The notes under the pieces are model-generated. The model was not told where the DNA came from. It did no database searches and saw only the letters and a program-made list of their open reading frames with translations. Positions 10,442 through 18,989 of a stretch of DNA of 64,000 nucleotides are shown here, piece after piece. How positions within the stretch are numbered: the stretch's first letter is position 1; every line of letters begins with the position of its first letter. The position numbers were made by a program, and so were the translations under genes. Source of the stretch: Vulcanimicrobiota bacterium. Its GTDB lineage: Bacteria; Vulcanimicrobiota; Vulcanimicrobiia; Vulcanimicrobiales; Vulcanimicrobiaceae. The stretch covers positions 2,908,113 to 2,972,112 of the forward strand of contig CAVTCS010000003.1 in the NCBI GenBank assembly GCA_963733295.1, in the 5' to 3' direction.

Positions 10442-11785
10442 GTGAACGTTCTCGACCGTCTTCAAACGACGCTTCAGATCAGCGGCGGCTACCGGCTGTC
10501 CGGTTCGGTCGACACGCACGGCGCCAAGAATGCCGCGCTGCCGATCATGGCGGCTTCGCTGCTCGCAAAGGGACCCGTCACCTTGCGGCGGGTTCCCTCG
10601 ATTACCGACGTCTCGGTGATGTGGTCGCTGCTCGAGTCGCTCGGCGCGCGCTTGCAATCCGACGGCCGCGGAACGATGACGATCGATCCCGCCACGATCG
10701 CGTCGACGCGTGCGCCGTACACGCTGGTGCGCAAGTTGAACGCATCCTTCGATCTCGTCGGTGTCTTGCTGGGACGCTTCGGACATGCCGAGGTCCCGCT
10801 GCCCGGCGGCTGCATCTTGGGAACGCGCGCGACCGACATGCACGAGCAGGCTTTTCGTGCGCTCGGCGCCGAGGTCTCGAACGAGCACGGGTACTTGATC
10901 GCCCAAGCCGAGGGCGCGCGCTTGACCGGCGCCGATATCGACTTCCGCCAGCCCAGCGTCGGCGCGACGAAAAACGCGATGTTGGCGGCGGCGCTGGCCG
11001 AGGGCACGACCACGCTCCGCAACGTCGCAATGGAACCTGAAGTCGTCGACCTCGCGAACTTCCTCGTCGCGATGGGTGCGCGCATTTCGGGGCAGGGCCG
11101 GGACACGATCGTGATCGACGGCGTTCGCGAACTCCACGGCGTCGAGTACGAGATCATTCCGGATCGCATCGTCGCGGGAACGCTGCTGCTCGCGGCAGCC
11201 GCCACGCGCGGCGACGTGACCGTCGAACGCTGCGCGCCGGATCATCTCACGGCGCTTACCGGCAAATTGAGCGAGTGCGGCGTGCGCGTGACGAGCGGCA
11301 AGGACTGGGTGCGTATCGAGGCCGAGCGGATCACCGGCGGAACGGGCGTCTTGACCGCGCCGTACCCCGGCTTCCCGACCGACCTTCAGCCGCCGATGCT
11401 GAGCTTTCTGTGCACCTGTCCCGGGACGAGCGTCCTCGAGGAAACGATTTTCAACGCCCGCTTCTCCTACGTCAACGAACTCGCGCGCATGGGTGCCGAC
11501 GTTCGCGTCGAGAACAACACTGCGCTGATCAAGGGTGGAACGGCCCTTTCGGGTGCGCCGGTCGAGGCGCCCGACATTCGCGCCGGCGCGGCGCTCGTCG
11601 TCGCCGGCCTTGCCGCTCAAGGCGAGACGGAGATCATCGGCCTCGAGTACATCGACCGCGGCTACGAGCGCGTCGAGGAACTCCTTACCGCGCTCGGAGC
11701 GCGCGTCCAGCGCGCGAGCGGGATCGCTCCACTGCTCGAACCGGTCGGCACCTACGAGACCTCGTCGTACCCGAAGGTAGTCTAA
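10442..11785 (+). CDS. murA: UDP-N-acetylglucosamine 1-carboxyvinyltransferase
   Basis: GAKNAALP, LPGGC (catalytic Cys present), PYPGFPTDLQ, DIRAGA, IDRGYE; GTG start after AAGGGGGAG. Confidence 0.97.
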   Translation: MNVLDRLQTTLQISGGYRLSGSVDTHGAKNAALPIMAASLLAKGPVTLRRVPSITDVSVMWSLLESLGARLQSDGRGTMTIDPATIASTRAPYTLVRKLNASFDLVGVLLGRFGHAEVPLPGGCILGTRATDMHEQAFRALGAEVSNEHGYLIAQAEGARLTGADIDFRQPSVGATKNAMLAAALAEGTTTLRNVAMEPEVVDLANFLVAMGARISGQGRDTIVIDGVRELHGVEYEIIPDRIVAGTLLLAAAATRGDVTVERCAPDHLTALTGKLSECGVRVTSGKDWVRIEAERITGGTGVLTAPYPGFPTDLQPPMLSFLCTCPGTSVLEETIFNARFSYVNELARMGADVRVENNTALIKGGTALSGAPVEAPDIRAGAALVVAGLAAQGETEIIGLEYIDRGYERVEELLTALGARVQRASGIAPLLEPVGTYETSSYPKVV

Positions 11786-11802
11786 CGGCAGTCAGCAATT
11801 AG

Positions 11803-12843
<1,041 letters not shown>

Positions 12844-12858
12844 TTCGACAGGCGTGCG

Positions 12859-13521
12859 GTGCGGCGGATCGACGCGGCGGCGGAAAGCGACGAGCGAATC
12901 GCGGCGGAGGTCGCTGAGGTAATCGAAGGCGGCGGAACCGTCGTTTTTCCGACCGATACCGTGTACGGCATCGGTTGCGATCCGGCTCAACCCGAAGCGA
13001 TCGCCCGTATCTTCGTCCTCAAGGGGCGGCCCGGGCACAAGCCCCTCGCGCTGCATCTCGGGAGCGTAGAGGAGTTACTCGAGTACACCGGCGAGAACCG
13101 GCTGGCGGCGCTGGCCGCGCGGCACTTCTTGCCGGGGCCGCTGACGATCGTCGTGCGGCGTCCCACCTTCGTCGACGAACGCGTCAGCGCGGGGCTGCCC
13201 ACGGTCGGATTGCGCGTTCCGGACCAACGCCTGTGTTTGGCGCTGCTCGAACGAAGCGGTCCGCTGGCGGCGACCAGTGCGAACCTTAGCGGCTCGCCCG
13301 CGTATCTCGGCGGCTCGAGCGCGGACGGGCTACCGGAGGCCGACCTGTTCGTTTTTGACGGTCCGACGCCGCTGCGAACCGAATCTACGATCATCGACGT
13401 GTCACACGACGAGCTGCGGCTCGTTCGAGAGGGAGCCATCAGTCAAGCGATGCTCGAGCTTTACCTAGACCGCCCGGTTCGGCCGGCCAGCGCGCTCCTC
13501 GCCCCGGGAACGGAGGCTTGA
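12859..13521 (+). CDS. tsaC: L-threonylcarbamoyladenylate synthase (YrdC/TsaC domain only)
   Basis: FPTDTVYGIGC, KGRP, PGPLT, TSANLSG, STIID motifs. Confidence 0.92.
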   Translation: MRRIDAAAESDERIAAEVAEVIEGGGTVVFPTDTVYGIGCDPAQPEAIARIFVLKGRPGHKPLALHLGSVEELLEYTGENRLAALAARHFLPGPLTIVVRRPTFVDERVSAGLPTVGLRVPDQRLCLALLERSGPLAATSANLSGSPAYLGGSSADGLPEADLFVFDGPTPLRTESTIIDVSHDELRLVREGAISQAMLELYLDRPVRPASALLAPGTEA

Positions 13522-14159
13522 TGCGTGCCCCCCGGACCTTTTTTGCGCTGGCCGTGGCGCTCGCGGTGGGACTCACGGGCAGCCCCGCGCGAGCGCTCGA
13601 TTTCACGCACGTCGCCGGCTTCGATCGCATCGAGAGCGACGTCGTGAATTGGAATCTCGAGACCGGGACCTTCACGTTGCCGCACCCGTTCGTCGCTTCG
13701 CGCGACGGGTCCGACATCAGCGCGGACCGCGCGACGGGAAACTCGCGGCAGAAGCAATTGCATGCCGAGGGTCACGTGATCGTCCATCAAACGCAGCCGC
13801 TCAAGAGCAGCTTGCGCGCCGAAGCTCTGACGCAACAGCCTTCGACCTTGACCTGCGACAAACTCGATGTCGACGGCGTACGGAAATTGTACGTCGCGAT
13901 CGGCAACGTGCATTTCACGCAACAGAACCGCGAGGCTACGGCCGACTCGGGAACGCTCGATGACGCGAACCATCACCTGCACATGGAAGGTCACGTGCAC
14001 ATTCGCGACAAGGACCAGACGCTCGACTCCGACGTTCTCGACTACGACACGCTGAGCGGCGAACTGAGCGCGAAGGGCAACGTGACGATTGAAGCGCCGG
14101 TCGAAACGGCGGCACCCGCCAGCGGGCCGAGCCCAACGGCGAAGCCCAAAAAGCATTGA
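13521..14159 (+). CDS. Exported LptA/OstA-like beta-jellyroll protein
   Basis: Signal peptide; repeated 'AxGxVxI' and 'LxxDxLxYD' strands. Confidence 0.7.
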   Translation: MRAPRTFFALAVALAVGLTGSPARALDFTHVAGFDRIESDVVNWNLETGTFTLPHPFVASRDGSDISADRATGNSRQKQLHAEGHVIVHQTQPLKSSLRAEALTQQPSTLTCDKLDVDGVRKLYVAIGNVHFTQQNREATADSGTLDDANHHLHMEGHVHIRDKDQTLDSDVLDYDTLSGELSAKGNVTIEAPVETAAPASGPSPTAKPKKH

Positions 14160-15508
14160 GCGTGCGGCGTCCGGGTCAGCGCGTCAGCCTCTTCGAGGGC
14201 GACGCCCCGGCGCCGCTCGCGGCTCGCATGCGGCCGCGAACGCTCGACGAGTTTGTCGGACAAGCGCACTTGGTCGGACCGGGACGCGCCTTGCGGCGTG
14301 CCATCGAGAACGATACCGTCCCGTCGATGATCTTGTGGGGGCCGCCGGGCACCGGCAAAACGACCCTCGCCGAAATCGTGGCGAAGGCGACCGGTGCGGA
14401 GTTCGTGGCGCTCTCTGCCGTCAGCGCCGGCGTCGCGGACCTCCGCGCGGTCGTGGCCGACGCGCAGGCGGCGCGCGCGCTGGGCAAACGCACCGTGCTC
14501 TTCATCGACGAGATTCACCGCTTCAACAAAGCGCAACAGGACGCCGTGCTGCCCTACGTCGAGGACGGAACGATCACGCTGATCGGCGCGACGACGGAGA
14601 ACCCTTCGTTTGAAGTAATTTCGGCGTTGCTCTCGCGTTCGCGCGTCTTCGTGCTCAAAGCGCTCGATGACGAGCAGGTCGCGCAAGTCGTGCGCCGCGC
14701 TCTGGCCGACAGCGAGCGCGGCCTCGGCGCGGAACGCGTCACGCTCGACGACGACGCGCTAGCAGCACTCGTCGGGCTGTCCAACGGCGACGCGCGCGTC
14801 GCGCTCGGAACGCTCGAGTACGCCGCGGCGGCGGCTCCCCGCGACCCAACCGGCGCGCGGCGCATCGATCGCGATCTGATCGCCGACGCCATGCAGCGAC
14901 GTATGGTCGCCTACGACAAGAAGGGCGACAACCACTACGACGTCATCAGCGCTTTCATCAAATCGATTCGCGGCAGCGATCCCGACGGCGGCGTCTATTG
15001 GTTGGCACGCATGCTCGACGCGGGCGAAGATCCGCTCTTCATCGCGCGGCGTCTCGTGATCTTGGCTTCCGAAGACGTCGGGCTGGCCGATTCGCGCGGC
15101 CTGCTGATCGCAATGGCGGCGCAGCAGGCGGTGCACTTCGTGGGAATGCCCGAAGGCTTCTATCCGCTGGCGCACGCGACGCTCTATCTGGCCACGGCGC
15201 CGAAGTCGAACAGCGTGGGACGCGCCTACGGCGCTGCTTTGCGCGACGTCGAAGCGACCCGGAACGATCCGGTTCCGCTCAATCTGCGCAATGCTCCGAC
15301 CGGCCTGATGAAGAAACTCGGCTACGGCTCGGGCTATCGCTACGCGCACGAGGATTATGCGGAGATGGCCGGCAGCGGAGATCTCCCGCCGGCGGAGCGA
15401 TTAGAACCCTACTTGCCGGAGAACGTGCGCGACCACGCCTACTTCGAACCAGGCAGTCAAGGTGAGGAAGCGCGCTTGCGCGACTGGATCGCGGCGCGCC
15501 GGAAATGA
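14156..15508 (+). CDS. rarA: Replication-associated recombination protein A (MgsA/RarA)
   Basis: PLAARMRP, WGPPGTGKTT, DEIHRFNKAQQD, GATTENPSF, SAFIKSIRGSDPD. Confidence 0.97.
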   Translation: MSVRRPGQRVSLFEGDAPAPLAARMRPRTLDEFVGQAHLVGPGRALRRAIENDTVPSMILWGPPGTGKTTLAEIVAKATGAEFVALSAVSAGVADLRAVVADAQAARALGKRTVLFIDEIHRFNKAQQDAVLPYVEDGTITLIGATTENPSFEVISALLSRSRVFVLKALDDEQVAQVVRRALADSERGLGAERVTLDDDALAALVGLSNGDARVALGTLEYAAAAAPRDPTGARRIDRDLIADAMQRRMVAYDKKGDNHYDVISAFIKSIRGSDPDGGVYWLARMLDAGEDPLFIARRLVILASEDVGLADSRGLLIAMAAQQAVHFVGMPEGFYPLAHATLYLATAPKSNSVGRAYGAALRDVEATRNDPVPLNLRNAPTGLMKKLGYGSGYRYAHEDYAEMAGSGDLPPAERLEPYLPENVRDHAYFEPGSQGEEARLRDWIAARRK

Positions 15509-16710
15509 CGCCGAGCGCGCGCATCTACTTGGATCACGCGGCGACGACGCCCGTACGCCCCGAGGCGATCGAAGCGATGCTGCCGTATTTCGCTGAGGCC
15601 GGCTTCAACGCGAGCTCGCTTCACGCCGAAGGCCGGCGCGCGCGCGCGGGACTCGACGGCGCGCGCGAGCGCGTCGCGCGGATGTTGGGTGCGAAACCCC
15701 GCGAGATCGTTTTCACGAGCAGCGGCTCGGAAGCCGACAACTTGGCGATCCTCGGCGCGGCGCGCGCGCGCAACGCGCGGCACGTCGTCAGTGCTGCGAC
15801 CGAACACCGCGCGGTGCTGCACGCGCTCGACGTCTTGCGCGCCGAAGGCCGCGAGGTCACGCTCTTGCCCGTGGACGCCGGCGGACGCATCTCGCTCGAA
15901 GAATTTCGCGCAGCGCTGCGTCCCGACACCGGGCTCGTCTCGCTCATGCTCGCAAACAACGAACTGGGCACGCTGCATCCGGTCGCCGAACTGGCCGCAA
16001 TCGCGCGCGAGCGAGGCGTTCTCTTTCATACCGATGCCATCCAAGCTCCCGGGCGCGTTCCCGTCGACGTCGCGACGCTGGGCGTCGATCTCCTCAGCCT
16101 CTCGGGCCACAAGTTCTATGGCCCGAAAGGCGCCGGCGTGCTCTACGTGCGCAGCGGAACGCCGCTGCTGCCGCTCGTCGTCGGCGGCGGTCAGGAAGCC
16201 GGATTGCGGGCCGGTACCGAAAACGTGGCCGCCATCGCCGGCCTGGCCGTCGCACTCGAACTCGCCGTTCGCGAACTTCCGGTCGAGCGAGTGCGGTTGA
16301 CGAGCCTGCGCGACCGTTTCGAGGAGAGTTTACTGCGGGAGGTTCCCGGCACGCGGATCAACGCCCGGCAGTCGCCCCGCCTGCCGAACATTTCGAGCGT
16401 CGCCTTCCGGGGACTCGACGCCCCCTCACTCCTGGCGCGGCTCGACCTGGAAGGGCTCGCCGTCTCGGCGGGCAGTGCCTGTGCCGCGGGCGCCGCCGAG
16501 CCGAGCCACGTGCTGGCCGCTCTGGGAGGGCCGGCCTGGGTCGCGAACGGGACGATTCGTTTCTCGCTCGGAAGGTTGACGGGCGAGGGAGAGACGAGCG
16601 ACCTCTCCCGCAGGCTTGCGGCGATCGTGAAGGATATGCGTGAACCAGGTCCCTTCGTGGGTACGAACGGTGTTGGCCCGGCCTCGGGCCGTTCGGAGGT
16701 TGGTCCTTGA
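15505..16710 (+). CDS. iscS: Class I cysteine desulfurase (IscS/NifS/YrvO-like)
   Basis: YLDHAATTP, SGHKFYGPKG (PLP lysine), SAGSAC catalytic Cys. Confidence 0.9.
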   Translation: MTPSARIYLDHAATTPVRPEAIEAMLPYFAEAGFNASSLHAEGRRARAGLDGARERVARMLGAKPREIVFTSSGSEADNLAILGAARARNARHVVSAATEHRAVLHALDVLRAEGREVTLLPVDAGGRISLEEFRAALRPDTGLVSLMLANNELGTLHPVAELAAIARERGVLFHTDAIQAPGRVPVDVATLGVDLLSLSGHKFYGPKGAGVLYVRSGTPLLPLVVGGGQEAGLRAGTENVAAIAGLAVALELAVRELPVERVRLTSLRDRFEESLLREVPGTRINARQSPRLPNISSVAFRGLDAPSLLARLDLEGLAVSAGSACAAGAAEPSHVLAALGGPAWVANGTIRFSLGRLTGEGETSDLSRRLAAIVKDMREPGPFVGTNGVGPASGRSEVGP

Positions 16711-17072
16711 TAGACTTGGAGCCCTGGTCCATAGGTGTAGGGCTCGGAGTGCTGTTGATCGGCATCGGCGTTTTCGTGCTATGCTTGCGCGCCGGCTGGC
16801 TGCTGCTGCGGTTGGGTAAGACGCTCGACGAGGTCGATCGTCAAATCGAGACCCTCTCCGTTCCGATCGGGACGACCTTGACTCACGTAGGCGGCATCGC
16901 CGACACCGCCGACTCGACGATCGCGCGTCTCGGACACGTCGTCGGGCAGTTGGAAAACGTCGCGAGCGGCGCCACCAAGACGGCCAACCTGATCGGCTCG
17001 ACCATCAGCGGCGTCGCCGGCGCCGCCCGAAGGTCCCGCTCCTCCGAACCGAGCGAAAGCGCTCCGGTCTAG
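16707..17072 (+). CDS. DUF948/YtxG-like membrane-anchored coiled-coil protein
   Basis: N-terminal transmembrane helix then 'LGKTLDEVDRQI' heptads; followed by a YtxH-like ORF. Confidence 0.65.
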   Translation: MIDLEPWSIGVGLGVLLIGIGVFVLCLRAGWLLLRLGKTLDEVDRQIETLSVPIGTTLTHVGGIADTADSTIARLGHVVGQLENVASGATKTANLIGSTISGVAGAARRSRSSEPSESAPV

Positions 17073-17080
17073 TACACCAG

Positions 17081-17185
17081 GTGAACACTCTTCTTTCGGG
17101 CATCCTGACGGGCGCGCTTCTGGGGGCGGCTCTGGCGATGGTGCTCGCACCCACCGAAAACAAAGCGAACCAGCGCGACGCTTAG
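17081..17185 (+). CDS. 34-aa YtxH-like small protein (absent from the ORF track)
   Basis: GTG start, translates VNTLLSGILTGALLGAALAMVLAPTENKANQRDA*; resembles the YtxH N-terminal GxxxG-LLAP helix; fills the gap in the operon. Confidence 0.65.
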   Translation: MNTLLSGILTGALLGAALAMVLAPTENKANQRDA

Positions 17186-17194
17186 GGAGAAGTT

Positions 17195-17539
17195 TTGGAT
17201 ATCAAAGTGCAGGTCAGGGAGTCCGACCACGACGCTTACGTCGTGGAACTCGGCGGCGAAATCGACGTCTACACCTCGCCGAAAGTCAAGGATGCGATCA
17301 CCGAGCTGATCGACAAAGGTCACTATAACCTCGTCATCAACCTCGAGACGGTCCGCTACATCGATTCGACCGGACTGGGCGTCCTCATCGGCGGCCTCAA
17401 GCGCGTTCGCGAGCACGGCGGCAGCGTCAATTTGGTCTGCACGAATCCTCAGATCAAGAAAATCTTCGATATCACCGGGCTCGTGAAGATCTTCGGGATC
17501 TACGACGACGAGCAGGATGCGAAAAAGGCCTTAGCGTGA
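17195..17539 (+). CDS. rsbV: STAS-domain anti-sigma factor antagonist (RsbV/SpoIIAA family)
   Basis: GEIDVYTSP, YIDSTGLGVL (phospho-acceptor Ser), FDITGL. Confidence 0.93.
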   Translation: MDIKVQVRESDHDAYVVELGGEIDVYTSPKVKDAITELIDKGHYNLVINLETVRYIDSTGLGVLIGGLKRVREHGGSVNLVCTNPQIKKIFDITGLVKIFGIYDDEQDAKKALA

Positions 17540-17961
17540 ACGAGCCGGCAGCCCTCGAGGAATTTCTCGGCACGGTCGAGCTGCGGATTCCGAGCAAGCC
17601 GGAATGGGTGGCGGTAGCACGCCTCGCCGTTTCGGGAGTAGCGAACCGGCTGCCGTTCTCCGTCGAGGAGATCGAAGACCTCAAGCTCGCTGTCGCTGAA
17701 GCGTGTACGACCTGCATCCAAGATGCGTCGCGCAGCGACACGATCGACATCACCTGCGAATCCTCGCCGGATTCGCTGCGGATCCGCGTACGCGACCACG
17801 AGTTCGGAGGGACGCGCAGCGATCCGCCGCGTCCCCGTTCGGTCACGCTTTCCGAAGGGCTGGGCGTCTTTCTGATTCAGGCCTTGATGGATCACGTCGA
17901 ATATAACGTCGATGCGCACTCGGGGGTCGAATTGGTCATGACGAAGCGAGTCGGCAGCTAA
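17536..17961 (+). CDS. rsbW: Anti-sigma factor RsbW-like protein with a degenerate N-box
   Basis: RLAVSGVANR, IEDLKLAVAEAC, EGLGVFLIQALMDHV; lies between rsbV and the sigma gene. Confidence 0.88.
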   Translation: MNEPAALEEFLGTVELRIPSKPEWVAVARLAVSGVANRLPFSVEEIEDLKLAVAEACTTCIQDASRSDTIDITCESSPDSLRIRVRDHEFGGTRSDPPRPRSVTLSEGLGVFLIQALMDHVEYNVDAHSGVELVMTKRVGS

Positions 17962-17967
17962 GACCCG

Positions 17968-18762
17968 GTGACCCTTCAATCTTCTTCCCACGACGACGAG
18001 CGTTGGGACCGGCGACGTACGAAAGCCGCCTTCGAACAACTCTCGCGGCTGCGCGCTGCCAAGTCCCACGATGCGGACCGCATGCGCGACGAGCTGGTGG
18101 TGGCGCACCTCAACTTGGTGCGCTACCTGGCGGTCAAGTTCGTCAATCGCGGCGAGGCGCTCGACGACCTCATCCAAGTCGGCACCGTCGGCCTGATCAA
18201 AGCGATCGACCGGTTCGACATCGAGCGCGGCGTCGAATTCACGACCTACGCCACGCCGACGATCGTGGGCGAGATCAAGCGCTACTTCCGCGATAAGGGC
18301 TGGGCGGTCAAAGTGCCGCGGCGCCTGCAGGAGCTGAACCTGAGCGTCAACCGGGCGATCGAAAAGATGACCGTTTCGATCGGACGTTCGCCGACGGTCG
18401 CGGAGCTTGCCAAAGCGGTGGAAGCCTCGGAAGAAGAGATACTTGAGGCCCAGGAACTCGGTCAAGCCTACAATCTGCTCTCACTCGACACCGAACTGGG
18501 CGGCGACGGCGATAAGAACGGCCAGACGCTGGCCGACTACATCGGCAAAGCCGATCCGAACCTGCAGCTGTTGGAAGACCGCACGAACCTCGAGCGGGCT
18601 TTCGAGGTGCTCTCCAAGCGCGAGCGCTTCATCCTGTTCTTGCGCTTCTACGAGTCGGTTTCGCAGACCGAAATAGCCCGGCGCCTCAACGTCTCGCAGA
18701 TGCACGTCTCGCGCCTGCAGCAGAAGGCGTTGGAAAAGCTGCGCGGCGCATTGGCGGAATGA
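17968..18762 (+). CDS. sigB: SigB/SigF/SigG-family RNA polymerase sigma factor
   Basis: DDLIQVGTVGLIKAIDRFD, YATPTIVGEIKRYFRDKGWAVKVPRRLQE, SQMHVSRL. Confidence 0.93.
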   Translation: MTLQSSSHDDERWDRRRTKAAFEQLSRLRAAKSHDADRMRDELVVAHLNLVRYLAVKFVNRGEALDDLIQVGTVGLIKAIDRFDIERGVEFTTYATPTIVGEIKRYFRDKGWAVKVPRRLQELNLSVNRAIEKMTVSIGRSPTVAELAKAVEASEEEILEAQELGQAYNLLSLDTELGGDGDKNGQTLADYIGKADPNLQLLEDRTNLERAFEVLSKRERFILFLRFYESVSQTEIARRLNVSQMHVSRLQQKALEKLRGALAE

Positions 18763-18767
18763 TTGGC

Positions 18768-18797
18768 TTGACAGTTATGCCAAGGTGCCGCTAGGGT
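18768..18797 (+). promoter_or_regulatory. Sigma70-like promoter TTGACA-N18-TAGGGT
   Basis: Perfect -35 at 18768-18773; TAnnnT at 18792-18797; 6 nt to the ATG at 18804. Confidence 0.55.
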
Positions 18798-18803
18798 GAG
18801 TGT

Positions 18804-18941
18804 ATGAGCGACTCCGTCATCGGAATTCTCCTGAACTGCTTCGCGCTTGCGATGGTGGCATTCGTCATTTGGGGCGGCTACCGCGAAACGAGCCGGGCCG
18901 AACGCGAGTACGCGGAGCGCGTGGCCCGCGATAGCCACTAG
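18804..18941 (+). CDS. 45-aa single-pass membrane protein (absent from the ORF track)
   Basis: MSDSVIGILLNCFALAMVAFVIWGGYRETSRAEREYAERVARDSH*; hydrophobic helix plus charged tail; promoter placed for a leaderless start. Confidence 0.6.
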   Translation: MSDSVIGILLNCFALAMVAFVIWGGYRETSRAEREYAERVARDSH

Positions 18942-18989
18942 CCGGGACCGCTAGGCGTTCCAGAGCACTGTCAGGAACTCTGAGCGGTC

